From assembly GCF_009914755.1 (NCBI RefSeq), contig NC_060938.1: DNA of 64,000 nt. One strand, written 5' to 3'. Below are positions 12,961 to 28,479 of this stretch, in pieces. Numbering within the stretch: position 1 is the first letter of the stretch; each line of letters begins with the position of its first letter. The position numbers and the translations under genes are program-made. The notes beneath the pieces were generated by a model, which saw only the letters and a list, made by a program, of their open reading frames with translations, searched no databases and was not told the DNA's origin. This DNA is from the human T2T-CHM13v2.0 reference genome, Homo sapiens.

Positions 12961-14843
12961 AAGTCTTTGTAAGGGTTTCCTATGTATCTAAAATCCAGAG
13001 ATGCTCCAACGCTCCTTTTCAAAAGCAAAAGCAGAACCTCCATTACTGCTGCCCCAGCATAACAGCCTGGTTGTTTAATAAGCATCAAAGAAAGCATTTC
13101 AAAAAGAAAATACTTTTATTTGACATTTTAAAAACACTGCTTCATATAAATGCTTAATATGTTTTAATAGTGTCTACCAACAAACATGTAATCATCCAAA
13201 TGATTTTCCTTTCTTGACTTTTGTTACATTAAAGAAAAATCAGAAACTAAATTCAAATATGTTTAAGTATAATTTATTCTTAAAAACTGAACATAATTTT
13301 AAAATATACTTGTATGTAACCCCTCTCAAAATAACTATCCTCAGCATTATTAAATTGAAAATTTTGTAGCAAAAACAAAAGTAATAATTTTAGAACAAAG
13401 CATTTACAGATTCCTTTGCTCACATAGTTCATTATCTCACAGTATATTTTATTTAAATGGTAATATTGCAATTAGTTTGATAGACATATTTTTAAAATAT
13501 GGAATATATATAAATAATGCATTTAAGGGACTGGGACATTTATCACAAGTTAATATCAAATCAAGATATCATTGTTTTCCCACCTCAGTTCCATCTATTT
13601 ATATTAGTTCCACCCCAAGCAACCCTCATATAATGATCATTGAAGCTTAGTCCCTACTACTTGTTAGCACATGATTATATACTATCATTGTTATTTAAGT
13701 TCATAATATATATCAAGTTTCTTCATGGAAATTATAAACTCACATGGGGTAATAATGGACTGACAACTTGAATACTTCACCTCTTAGACTCTAAGTTTTT
13801 GGTTCTCTTGGACTTTGTGCTGCATTAGATACTAATTTGATTTAAAAAAATAAAACTTTCTTAAAAGATGACAGCCCTGTTCGTCTTGATGCCTTACTAA
13901 ATGCTGTCCCCAATTTTTTCCAAGGATGATCTGGATGATTATCTTCATGGCATATGTAGATGCCTGTATAGTTATTCATAGATAGTTGTACCATATGATA
14001 GGAAGGTCATAGGAAGACCTTTCACTGGAGTAAAATGGTCAAAATAAGAGATGAACAAGATAATGGGAGAAGTGAAGATAGGTAAGTATAAGGTTGAATA
14101 GGCAAATGTTAACCAGAATTAAAGAAAATAATAAAAAGTGTGAGCTTTACAGGTGATGAGAAGAAACAATTTAGCAATAAAGGAGCAAAAGGAAGAGAAA
14201 GAACCAAACTAACTCTAAACTGTCATATGTATCCAGGGTGGTAAATTCCAAAACATTTGCAAAATTGGATGAAAAAGAGATTAATAGTGTGTGTGTTTAT
14301 AAAAAATATAGACAAGAATGGTCTTCCCATGTTAAATTTCAAAGATGCAAATATTTGACAAAACATTAGAATAATAAAACACTGAATTTCTTTATTGATC
14401 ATGAGGAATATTACTTAACCATTAGCTGTATTACTAGAGAAAACCATGTTAGATAAAATTAGAGATAAATAATGTTTGTTCATGAGAGTTGTTTATTTTT
14501 ATCAATTCTTATTTATCTTTGAATCTTATAAGAGACACTTTAAAATGTTTAGCTAAATCAAAATAGTCCTTACCCAATGAAATCACAACATGATAGAGTC
14601 ATGAGAAGTATGGATAATAAACTGTGGCAATGGGTGAGGGGTAGGGAGATAAGGAGACTGATTGTAAAACATCTGAGCTTTATCAATATATATTAATCAT
14701 ATAATAATTTACAAATAATGTACAGTACAATGAAAGGTAAAAGTAATGCTCTCAGAGGAAATGTTTCCATTCTAGTTCTATTTGGAAGTCCTTGGGACAA
14801 TTTGTGTTTTGATTATATTTAGAAATCTTCAGTATTTTGTCTT

Positions 14844-15147
<304 letters not shown>

Positions 15148-15214
15148 TCAGTATTTTGTCTAAAAGTGTATCCTGCAGAGAGGATTGAATGAGACAATAG
15201 AGGGGGGTTTATTG

Positions 15215-15620
15215 TTCGTATTTCTTAGTTATTTAGGCAATACCATACCTGGTGCTGGGGATACAAAGTTGAATAAGACATAGTCTCTGACCTCATGGAA
15301 ATCACAGTTGAAAGGGAATTCACATAGCTTTAAATAATTGTAATACATTGTGTTAGGTGCCATGACAGACATAGGATCAAAACAGGTAAAAGGGCGTCTT
15401 GCTCTTTCTGTGACATTAAGGAAGGTTTCCCAAAGGAGATGATGTTTGAACTAAGTGCCATTGGGACTGGCTATTAAGAAGCCCTTGGTGACTTTAATGA
15501 GAGTGATTTCTGCTGAAATGAGAGACAAAAATCCAGATTGCAGTGAACTGAGAGGTAAATGAAAAATGTAGAAATGGAGACAGTAAATATAGACCACTTT
15601 TCCCAGGAAATTGCCTTCTA
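15215..15620 (-). mobile_element. L2 fragment
   Basis: Typical L2 motifs (ggtgctggggatacaaag...tctgacctcatgga; ccttggtgactttaatgagag...ccagattgcagtg); judged by eye. Confidence 0.5.
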
Positions 15621-16254
15621 CCTGTTCTTACTTGCTGCCTCTGAAAAGATATAGTAAGGAATTTCATGTTACATAGCACAATTAAGTGCTAATTATAGCA
15701 ATGGATTATTTTCTGGGTGTTAGTGAAATAATGGCATTCTACTTGTACAAGCTCAGTAACATGAATCCTTCCATCAAGAGCCTCAGTACTTGAAGGAGGG
15801 TCATATCTACACCTTTGTATTATGAACATCTTTGATTCCCAATTCTATTTCTTTTTTCTACTCTGGAGCTTCACAGTCTCAATTGCCAAATACATCCAGA
15901 TGAAATTTTCTCTTTTCTTCCTGTCTTCTATCTTTCTTATAAATTCTCCTTATACCTCTAACCATATCTCTTCAAGGGATTCAAATATTTTATCATCCAT
16001 ACATTATCTTTCTAATGTTAAATATTATTAACTGAATAAACACCAAACTTCTTAGAGCATTTAAGGCCCTTCAGACTTTTGTTCCAACCTACTTTCTCAG
16101 CTTTTATCTTTCTGTGACCTCCCCTTTCATGCTTCAATGTCACCTTGGGCTCTATGCACCCTGAACTTTCTGGCTTCCAATTTCTTACACTGTTAACTCT
16201 ACGTGGACTTGTCCCTCACTGCAATCTCATATCTAAATCCTAGATCCTATCTGA

Positions 16255-16852
<598 letters not shown>

Positions 16853-17372
16853 TAACTCTATAAATAGCTAACACAATGCTTTACCCGTGTTTTCAACAAA
16901 TGTGCTGAATGTGTTAATGAATAAATTAATCTCAAATGGAGATTCATCCCTGAAATTCGATAAGGCGAAGATAGCACCCAAATCATTTATCCTCCCTGCC
17001 ATGAATTTCCCTGCTGCCATTATCTGCAAGAATACTGTTTGACAACTTCTCAGCTTAAATGTCTTTATATGGCATTTTTTAAAATGGCATTTATCTTCCT
17101 TATATTTATTCTCTTAACCTCTTCCCTGCCCTTAGCTCTGTCATTCCACTGAAAGATGCTGCAAGTTATAGTATTAATCAAATTCTTCCACTTTATGTCC
17201 ATTACCACCTCACTTAGCTGGTGACCATGCTACAATTTCTTTCTAAAAAGATTCACGCAGCCCCAGTGACTTCCTTCTTTCAATCGACACTACATGTGTT
17301 TTCTTTGAACATAGATTATATGCCTTTCCAAATTTCTTCTCTTCCAACACACATTTTAAAACTGTGTAATAC

Positions 17373-17689
17373 GGCTGGCCGCAGTGACTCATGCCTTTAA
17401 TCCCAGCACTTTGGGAGGCCGAGGCAGGCAGATCACTTGAGGTCAGAAGTCCAAGACCAGCCTGGCCAACATGGCGAAACCACGTCTCTACTAAAAATAC
17501 AAAAATTAGCTGGTCATGGGGGTGCACACCTGTAATGCCAGGTACTCAGGAGGCTGAGGCACGAGAATTGTTTGAACCTGGGAGGTGGAGGTTGCAGTGA
17601 GCCAAGTTTGCACCACTGCACTCCAGCTTGGGCCAACAGAGTGAGACTCTGTCTCAAAAAAAAAAAAAAAACAGAACAAAACAAAAAAA
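17373..17689 (+). mobile_element. AluS element with TSD
   Basis: Full dimer, A-rich tail, flanked by aaaactgt(g/a)taatac. Confidence 0.93.
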
Positions 17690-17723
17690 CTGTATAATAC
17701 CAACACTAACACACTTTCATTTC

Positions 17724-18257
17724 TTTCCTAATCCCTTATCTTCTATTTGTCAACAATCTTTAGCTTAAAATGTTAGTCACATCTGGAACATTCTATGTGT
17801 TCACTTCCACCAGCATAGTTTACTGTCACTTCAGCTTTCTAGAACCCAGTTCGTAATCCATTTCCAAGAGACTTTTTTGATTAACCTAGATTTGTGTATC
17901 ACTACCCTTAATTGTTCAATTACTATATATTGTTTAACTACTATAGTAATTTGAACTAAATTTGTATTCAACTTGCTCTCTGTAAGAGTACTCCATTATG
18001 GGCATTATCTAATCCAAACTGGGCAAACTCCAATAGCAATCCTGTACACTAATCTGTATTCTAAGTGTGAAGATTTGCTCTTCATGATGATGTTAATCTG
18101 TGTTTCCTAGTCTTGAGAAATGGATTTTAAGCTGGGTTCTAGAGAGCTAAAGTGATAGTAAGCTGTGCTGGTGGAAGTGAAGATGTAGAATGTTCTAGAG
18201 GTGACTAACATTTTAAGCTAAAGATTGTTGGCAAATAGAAGATGAAAGAATAGGAAA
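17724..18257. repeat. Long non-Alu inverted repeat (arms ~17724-17873 and ~18109-18257)
   Basis: Ungapped core 17738-17851 versus the reverse complement of 18130-18243: 102/114 identical by manual alignment. Confidence 0.95.
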
Positions 18258-18499
18258 TAATTCCAAGATCTTCAACTCTTCTGCATTACAATATGTAACC
18301 AAATGATCTTAATTGTCTAGTCAACCAAAGTTTACAAAAAATAAATTCTGCCATAACTGTGATTCAAATATATGCGAATGCATAAAATATGGGTAAGAAA
18401 GTGAATTTGAGGCTTGAACACAGGTAATTAAGAGGATCTTATAAGAATTGCCAAGACTTGATGGCTAAGGACTCAGGTTTAGAATATAATAAGGAAAGG

Positions 18500-19858
18500 T
18501 CTTCTGCTTCTGGCTATGACAGAGTTGCTAGAATCAGATGAATTCATCCACTGAGAATAACTATAAAACTTGAGAACAACTATAAAACTTGGACAAAATA
18601 CAAAGCAAAACAAAACAAAATCTGAAAGCTCTGTAGAACAACCAGTGCAGCCAGGACCTCAGGGACCAAGATCCTGGAGAGAAGGAAAACATATTGAAGT
18701 GAGTACTGCTCTGAGTACAGCTATTTCGCCTTGGAATGTTTGCTGATTCAAGGCTTGGGGCATAGAGGCATAAAAAATGACGCATTCTTGAGCCTGTGGC
18801 AGTTGTACTGGGCTGAGGAAACCAAAAATGGAGTTCAGAGTTAAATTAAGCAGTTACTACATGAGGGGCCAAGATCTAGAGAAAAGTACTATGGACAGCT
18901 AAAACCAATATTCTATGTGCATTTTTCCTTCAAGGCATTTTCTGATATCCAACAGGCTAAACTCAAGACAAGACACAGAAAAAAAAACAAGTAAAAAAAT
19001 ACCTATTAGGAAGATTAAAAACTGGGGAGAGAATCTGTCAGTTCCATGATTCTGAGGAGACAAAAGTTGGAGTGCAAGTCTCACCAAAGAGGAGAAACTC
19101 AGCTTTTGATTCACAACCTGGAAAATCTACATCATAAGAGTAAGGACAAATTATAACTAGATTAGCCTCAACTATACCAAGGTGATCTTCTCAAACTCTT
19201 AAAAAAATTAAAATCTCTGTAGAAAACAACAATATCAGCCAGAACCCCCACTATTTTCATACACAATATTTATCATTCAACTGAAAGTTATCAAGCATGG
19301 CAGACAATAAAACTAAATTACCAAAAACCAACACAAACAAAAAAACAGAAAATAGAAACAAATCCACGTGTGATTCAGATATTGCAGTTATCAGACATGG
19401 ACTTTAAAATCATTATAATCATTGTAATCAAATATGCTCAAAAGTGGATTTTAAATGGAAATTTTTAAAAAATTAAACGGAAATCTTAGAACTGAAAAAT
19501 ATAAGAACTAAGTTAATAATTCAATAGATGGTTTTAGTGGATTAGACCTAGCAGAAAAGTGAACTCAAGAACTGAAAAGGAAATTCAGAAACTGAATTTC
19601 CTGAAAAGGAATTCAGGAACCGAAAGAGAGGCCAATGGAAAATATCCAAATTGGAGAAGAGAAAGAAAAAAAGATGAAAAATCTATAAAACATTGTAAAA
19701 GATACATAGAACATAGTAATAGACTTGGTGTGTGTAATTGGGGTCCCAGGACAGAAGGAAAATGGGATAGATAGAATCAACATTTGAAGAGATATTGACC
19801 AAGAATTTTCTAAAACTGATGAACAATATGCTACTGAAACATGAGATTCTAAAAACCT

Positions 19859-19904
<46 letters not shown>

Positions 19905-21800
19905 CTAGGCACATCATAGTAAAACAGCTAAAAAAAAACAAATACAAATAGACAAACCTTCAAAACAACCAGAGAGACAGCTCTACTTCCACTTAGGATG
20001 TAGAAAACCATAAGAAAGTGTCACACCTGCCTAAGAATGAGAAAAATAAATTATTATGTATCAAATCATAACTTTTTAGCCTATCAGAGAGTTGAGATTA
20101 CAAAGCAACCAGGTGAATTAAATTCCAAAGAAGAATGAGTCCCTCTGAGGAGAAACGAAACACACAAATTGTCTCATTTTTTGGTAGAGCATGGGAGAAA
20201 GAGGCGGTAGCCATAAAGTGGGTAAGCAGGAAAGAAAATGTTAACAAAGCCATAAATGTACCCATGGACTAGCGTGACACTTCAGAATCCCTGGGAGTCC
20301 CAGAGCACAGAGGATGTTTGCCCACACCCACCAACACTTTTTCATGGGCCTCCACCGGGTACTTATGAGAAAGATTGATAGAGCAGGGACCTGAGAGAGT
20401 CTTCTTTTCGATGGCAGATTTCTGCAGGGCCTGCCAAGGTTTGAGGCTAGAGCAGGAGTGCCTGGAGAAGCACACCCAAGGTCCAGACCTCTTTTGAACA
20501 CAGGTTGGTGAACGGCCACAGCTATGAGCAGGTGTGCATCTAGGAACAGGTATAAAACCCACCTACACTCTGGGTCCTCCACTGATTCGAGGCAAAGAGC
20601 ATCTACCAAGTGGAGAGAGGCAAGAAATCTGCCCATACACTGGATCTAACCCTGCTTTAACATGAGGCAAAAGCTGTCTGCACAGGAAGAAGGGCAAGAA
20701 CCTATGCCTTAGGCCTAGGTAAAGATTGGTGACATTTAGAAAGGTTCAAGAAACTCATACACACCGAAGACACTCCAATACTAGGCAGAATTTGGAGGAA
20801 GGGGCAAGGAACCTGCCTGTGTGTTTTTATGTTTTTAGAATCTCATGTTTCAGTAGCATATTGTTTATCAGTTTTAGAAAGCCTGCACTGAATAGGAAGC
20901 AAAGATCGTCTGCTGGAGGATGCTTAGGTGTACAGGTCTTGCCTAAAATCAAGAAGAGAGCAGGAGAACTGAGAAACTCCTCCCCTTCCCCCACCAGAAG
21001 CCTTGTGTCTAGTAACAGGTAACAACAGCCATCTACTGTTGGAGAAAGAACAAAAGCATGGAAAGGATGGAGCAGGGAAAGAGGGAAAAAACAACAACCA
21101 CTCTCCAGCACTCCAGGTCTTAACATTAAGCACAAAATAGGAGCAGCCTAGCCCACCACCGGAGGGATTTCAAGTCTGTTGTACACTGAAAATAACCATG
21201 GCTACAACAAAACCCAATTCACCGCAAATGCTGACTAAATTGACTAATAGCCCCATGCTAATAGCTTGATGGAAGGATAGATATTCCCACTTTGAACATT
21301 TGCTTCAGTGTCTACTTTTCTTCTATACAACATACCTGGCATTTAATTTAAAAAAAACACACATTTAAAAATGTTAAAAGACCTATGTGAAAAGATAAAA
21401 TAGCAGAACCAGACCCAGAGGTGACTCAGAAGTTGGAACGACTAGAGACTACTAGAGACTCAAGAAAGAAACAACAAAGAGAATAAAAGGACATATGGCT
21501 TTCAAAAGAGTAGGAGTAAGTCTGTCTTCTCAGAGAAACAGAAGCCAGAAAAAATGAAGTAGCATCTTTAAAGGGCTGAAAGTAAAACAACAGCAACAAC
21601 CTGGAATTAAATTCCCAGCAAAAAGTGAAAGAATATCACAAGCAGAACTTCACTAAAAGAAATCCTAAAGGAAGTCGAGTAGGCAAAAGAAAGGTGGTCA
21701 CAGATGGATCATACTGACAGAGGAAAGAATGAATATACCAGGAAGGATAAATATGTGGGATAAAGCAAATGAACATTGACTGCATTTTAAAAATAGAATA
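18500..21800 (+). mobile_element. Old L1 (L1M) 5'/ORF1-region remnants, probably nested pieces
   Basis: A-rich sense-strand L1 motifs (gttatcagacatggactttaaaat; gtaattggggtcccag; cacatcatagtaaaac; cttcagagaaaca...gcatctttaaagggctgaaag). Confidence 0.6.
19861..19902. repeat. (AC)n microsatellite
   Basis: About 21 perfect units, read directly. Confidence 0.95.
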
Positions 21801-22279
21801 CATGAAATAAAAAGTTCATTTTATTCAAAACAAACATATCTATTGTAATTGAAAGTTGAATGATTAGAGCTAAGTAACTAAAGCATAAGTTTGAGGAAAA
21901 TGTATATCCAAGTGGTCATCTCATATACACTTGAAGCTTCAATGTTGAGAAGCTCAGTATTTCCTGAGGTGACCTACTCAATCTAAAACCATGTTACAGA
22001 TGTCTTCATATGAGCTGTAATCTGTAAGTCTCTAATTTCTACCCTCTGGCCCTAATTCTGCCCTCTATACTCACATACAATAAATGGTTCTAGTCTCCCT
22101 CACATATGCTTGAAATAACTGTAATATCCTTCAACTGTAACAGAAAGATTTTATTCTGTGGCCAAACATCCCCATTCTAAACCATCCTTCACAAGGCATG
22201 ATTTAGCTCTCATCTATATTCACAATCTCCTAAAGGTCTTGCTTTTTCTGTGTTTCTCTATTTTTCTTTTTTCTTTTCC

Positions 22280-22634
<355 letters not shown>

Positions 22635-23850
22635 TAAGTCCTAACATATGAAACATGACCCGTGTTGACCAGTGCATTCTTGCTTTCCCCATTTCATGTA
22701 TGCAGCCTAAGATGACATTATCTTTTCTAAGGGAGGAAAAGCATGCCAGTTATTCCTATATAATTTCTAATTTTACCTCTGTGAAAACTCTGGCCTCAAG
22801 AGGTTAGAACTTAACTGCACTCACTGGAAGCTTGTTGTTCAGGAACATTAGGCTAGAAATGATGTACAGACAAGAATTGGCCAAAGAGCATCTGGAGGGT
22901 ATTTTAACAGATAATGGACAGTATTCTGGACTAAAATTGTGACCTCTGTAATGTCCAGAAAATAGAGATTGGGAATGGGAATTATTGACAGGGCATATTA
23001 ATCAATTGGAGATATATGAGCAAGAAGAGAGACAAATCAATGATGACTATGACTTTTCGAGCCTGAGTGACTAAGAGTTTGAGAGAAATATAAAAGTCAG
23101 GAGGGATGCCCTGTTACTGAAAGAAATGTGTTTCTTTAATTTAAATATATTAAATAATCATGGAAATGCCTTGCAGACCGGTATAGAAATAAGAAGGGAG
23201 TTTTGTTCAAAGGGCAGGGGTGAACTTTTAGTTTGCTGTGTGATAATTCAAGCCATGAAACAAAGGAATGAAAGGCCTGTCAATATTCTCACACCAGACC
23301 ATTAGAGGCATATCTATAGTTGAATAAGTTGGGTTTGTAACTTGTTGCAAATAAGGGAGACTACACATCATGCAGAATTGTGTGGCATTTCAGTTAAGAG
23401 GGTGTTAGAAATGACATTATAGGATTGGGGCTTGTGTTAGGTTATTCAGTGGAGAGTTCAAGATAGTGGGACTTTGGCTACAGCTGTAATTTGTAAATAA
23501 GCAACAGTTATTCTTATTAGCTGGGATGAGGGGATGCTTGCTATAATTGTAGTTTACATAGTGATCTTGTTTTCATCTGTGCTTAGACAAAATTACAAAG
23601 TGTTCTTGGTTTTGTCTCACTTCACTCTGGTTACAGAGTGGCCTTGTCTGATGTTGGTGTTCAATAAAATCGTTTGGTGGGTATGTTTGCTTCAGAGAGC
23701 AGGCAGGACTCCTTCTCATCCACGACCTTACGGAGGATACACTGGTATAGGAGTAGAAATGTTCAGTTGGGATAAGGGTAGATGAAGAAATAGATGACAG
23801 GTAAAATCATCTCTCTCTCTCTTTTTCTTTTCTTTTTTTTTCTTTTTCAG

Positions 23851-24260
23851 TGAAGTTAGAGACAAGGTCATCAGCCAAGACTGGGGAGAAAGGGAGATGA
23901 AAAAGCCTGGAGAAAGTTTAACTCATCTAAGAGGCTGTTAAGTGAATCAACAAAAGATGCCATTTTCTATTAAGTCATCTATTTTATTAAAGAGTTAAAT
24001 GCAACTGTTGCTGTATATCATGAATTTATGAAAGATTTAGGAGTGGGAGTTCTTTTTTTCTCAAAAAAAATGAGACAGGTTACCATCTTTTTATATAGGA
24101 GTGGTACAAACCTCTTATTTGAAATACCCATCCTAGGGTAAATATTCATTGATACAAATAATTGGTAACCTTTGTTTTGGCTTTTGGACTGTGTCTCTCA
24201 AAGGAAAAAAAAAATCTTGCTGTTTTCAAAAGTTAAATAGAACATCAACCAGGGACCATG
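23851..24260 (+). ncRNA. Probable terminal exon of the + strand lncRNA (3' end uncertain)
   Basis: ~40-nt pure pyrimidine tract ending ...tctttttcag at 23850, a very strong acceptor; ATTAAA near 23986. Linkage to the 9.2-9.5 kb exon is inferred. Confidence 0.45.
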
Positions 24261-27200
24261 GCCATCCAGAAGACTGAGTTCCATAAAAATGGACTCCCCA
24301 CTCCCACTGGAATCCTCTGTTTTTGTGTATCTAAATAAATAGACGCCTTGCTCATTCCTGGTATTAGGTGTGATTGAGAGATAACTCACTTAGCGGCAGC
24401 AGCAGCAGCAGTTTCTGTGCATGCTATAGCCCATGCTCTTGTGAGCATCAAAAGGAGATGAAGCCTGATTAACCATTTTGAAATCTATCGGATGAGAAGT
24501 CCTTACAAAACAACTTTTATACGCTTTAATTAAAAACGTGTTCCGGCAGCTCAGAGCTGAATGGGCTTCAGGGGGAGCAGGGCTGAGCCCGTTGCTATGA
24601 CGACACCAAATCTTTTCACGCCTGGCCCTTCCTCAGCACACTCTGTCTAGCTCTCTCCAGCTATTAATTTGCCTCTGTCCCAGCTCTCACTCCCTCAGTC
24701 CCCTGGGCTGTGAGTCTATACATGACCTAATACCTTTTGCTGCTTCTATGGTACTTCCGTTTCTCTCATCTTTTCATCACTTATATTTCCTTGGGAATCT
24801 CTGTTTTCTGTTCCTCTTGAAAACAAGTTACCCGCTTGAGTTAAAAACACTTAAAAATGTTATTTCAAAGCATGGTAATCATTGTTTATTATCCCTAATG
24901 ATAAATTCAATTGTAAGGGTCTGCATATAGTTGAGAAGAATCTTACTATGTTCTACATTTTTTTATATTTCAGGTTGAACGTTGGCTACTACACTACTCT
25001 TTCTGTTGCTGAGGGTAAGATGAAAATAGGAAGGAGTCTGTTATACTCTGGGAAAGTTAATTTGTGCTTAGTGTTAAAATCTCAGGTTATTCCACAAACA
25101 GCATCACCTGGTAACAACTGTAAGTGAACATAAGACTTTAAAATATGTGTTTACTACAAATCCTGAAAAAAAAAGCAGACCTTACTTTATTTAAGAAGGC
25201 TCTTTGGATATTTTAAGGTAGTAATCATTGTACAGGGAATTAAATAAAACTCAACACTGTCACTTGCTATATCATATGAATCATCAAGAATTGGATAGAA
25301 CTTTCCCCTCTCAATACCCCGTAGCAAACTGGAAGAAAGCTGATATCTGTGCAATCTTGTATTCAATGGATGTATATAAATTATACTATTATTACACAAC
25401 TTCTCAATGTCACTCTTTGACTCATCAGAGACCTTACAGTCTTTCATTTTGCTTACAATTCCCATTCTCCTTGTTCACCTATTCTATTTTATAAGATGAG
25501 ATAGGTGAATGGAATGCAGTGGAGATCATTTCTCAATATTTCTCATTTCCTCTCTCTCTGCTTACCTCACAGTCTGTTCTTGCTATGGTTATACTTCTAA
25601 AGTGAATTATCTGTCAAACTAAAGGAGCATTTCCTTCCGAATTGCCTGACTCAGTGGAAATGCTGAAGTGTAAAAGACAGGTGCAGACTCAAGGGTTAAG
25701 CCTAGGCCTGGCTTTTCACTGTCCAGAGGGCGGGCTACTCCTTTGGCGCATTGGGAGCCCAGAGTCTGGTTTTGAGTCTAGGATGCCAAATCATAATGCA
25801 GTGCTCCAGATCCAGCTTCTGAATCTCTGCAATTGAAATATAAAAGTTTTACTTCTCTTTGGAAGTTTTATAATGAACTGCCTTGGCCTATTTGCTGTTG
25901 AAAACTCTGACATAATATATTCCTGATAGGACACATGTAAACCTCTGGGTCACAAGGAACAAACACTCTGAAATCTCTCCAGTAAGAACAGTATTCTCAA
26001 TGAACCAACTCCCAATTGGTTTCTAGTTTTTCTTTCTTTTAATTTAAGAATTTACCATATTTTAAGAAGTTGAGGTCCTGTAATGTCTTATCATAAATTA
26101 TACTTAAAAGGCAAAGAGGCTTCATGACTTAGCATTTGGGTGACATCTCACAAATGGATCAAGTCTCACATTTATAATGCTGGTATCATTCAAAGGAATT
26201 TGGAGATTTAAATTTATTATTTCCCTCTCAGTATTAAGAATAGAAAATCAAATGCTTAATACATATTAAAGGAAGTTTCCCACCTGGGCACTTTATTTGG
26301 ATCAATCTTATGTAGGAACTAAATAAAGTAAGTGTGTATAGACTGGCTGAATAAATGAAGAGACAAGCATTCAGGTATCTGAAACAGGTTTGAGAGCTAA
26401 TAAAAATGGATCCTCAAAGAGGCATATTTAAAATGCAAGACAATTTTACCTTAATAAATAACCAAGAAAATACTCAGTTGGCAAAATGTTTTGCACCATG
26501 AATATAATTTCTCCAAGAAACTCAGGAAGTGGAAGGGAGTCCTTCAATTCTTGACATTTAAATCTATTCAAACCATGGCTTGGGAATATTCTGAGGAGAA
26601 TAATCTTTAAGATGAGTGAACTAGAAGACATAAAGAGTCTTTTCCATCACCATTTTCCGTGGCTTCATGATTCATGATTCAAGGCTGAAATGGGCATTGG
26701 GGTTGCACTTTAGAGAATACTGAATTTTCATTTCTGTTGAAATGCTTCACCTCTTCTTCCTTCCTAATTCTGTTCCATGGCCTAAGACATCTACATGAAA
26801 ATAATAGTATCTTTTGTTTAGTAATTCATCCATCCTATGGGGCCCTGCTCACCTGAAGCCACATAATCCTTTATGTGTGCTCAGACACTAGATAAATTGT
26901 TTATGTGATAAAACACAGGCCTGTCCTCTATCTTCTGTGGTCAGGTAGACTATATGTCAGAACTAAAGCTTTTGTGGTGGTTGTTTTGAACATATTGTTA
27001 TGCAGGGAATAGTTCTTACCCTGGGTCCTGAGTCCTCTGAAGTCCTCAAAATATCATAAAAATTAATTCTTAAATAGCTATACCTACATATAACTTATTC
27101 TGATTATACATATTATGTTAAACTCTTATTCAAATTGTTAATATGTAAAATCTAATTCATCTTTACCCTGTATAAACATCTTTCTCTTCCCAGTATTTCT

Positions 27201-28358
27201 AAGCATGTGACAATGAATATGCAAAGGAAGCGCAGCAGTCCACCAGGTGTGGGATATGTGTGGCACAATTCAAGACAAAGATTAAACCTCCACTTGATGT
27301 TGCAAAAGAGATTTTATAAAAGGTGACTGAAGTAAGTCACCACAATGTAAATGAACCAGCCACCAAGATTCAAACCTATTTTTAATAAGTTAATAAAAAA
27401 TAGGCTAAGGGTCCAAAAGAGAATTCATTCATTTTTTGACAACCTGTAGAATCCAGAGTTTAAAACTCATCTAAAGAATAGAATTTCCCATACACTTCTT
27501 TATTAGACACTCAAAATATCTGCAAGGTAAATGTTTTACATCCTTTCTGAGGTAAATGAAAACTAAAAAGACTTCACAAAAGTCAATATATATTTTAATA
27601 TAAATTACATTCAGGATGCTGCTCTATAAGACAAAGGGGAAGAAAGAAAGCCTGGAGCCAAGAACTGAAGTCTTTTAATCTTACGTACTGGAGAGGAACC
27701 CCCAGTGCTGAGGCCTAAACATTGAAGGTTGTAGTCAGAGTCAATGGGTTAAATTTGTAAAGGTTACTCTATGCTGAAGAGAATTAAATAATTAATCCCT
27801 GTATCTCCTGATGAAAATAATGCCTCTCTGAAAGTCAAATCTGAAACACTTCTCTCGGTTGACCTCAAATCAGCATATTACTCAATTTCTTGCTTCCTTG
27901 CTTTCAGGACAGTTGTATAGATAGGAAGTTCTTGTGGATGCTCCTCTAAGTCGCTATATCAATTTGTGTGAATATATATATATAGCTATCTACCTGTCTA
28001 TATACCTCCTACAGCATGTGTGTGCTGGCTCTAATTCTCTGAAGAGAAAGGCGAAGAGTCCATTGCTTGGAGGTTGGGATAGTCATGACTCATTAGTGAG
28101 GAACGACCAATCCACAGTTACTACCGCAGAGCATTTCAATAAGTCTTCTGTTTGTTTAAAGTACTTTAAATTGTTATTATTATTATTATTTATCTGACTG
28201 AAATAAAACTTCAGTCCGAACTTTCCCCAGTAATGGGGGTGAAGAGGGGGAGTAAGGTTGTGTAGGAAGCATCTCAGTAATGCCTTGAACTGCAATTTAA
28301 TAAGACAACAGGCTATGAAGTCTTCTTTGATCATGAGTCTGAGAAATTCAAAATATAA

Positions 28359-28402
28359 TCTCTCTCTTTCCCTCTTCTCTCTCTCTCCCTCTCCCCCCTC
28401 TC

Positions 28403-28467
<65 letters not shown>
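28359..28467. repeat. Compound (CT)n/(CA)n microsatellite at the edge of a CpG island
   Basis: Read directly. Confidence 0.92.
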
Positions 28468-28471
<4 letters not shown>

Positions 28472-28479
28472 TCAAGACC

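Noticed and set aside
23280-23700. Possible ERV LTR fragment
   Set aside because: Resemblance only; family and ends cannot be assigned without a search.
24396-24411. (GCA)5 triplet run
   Set aside because: Too short to be notable and not in an evident ORF.
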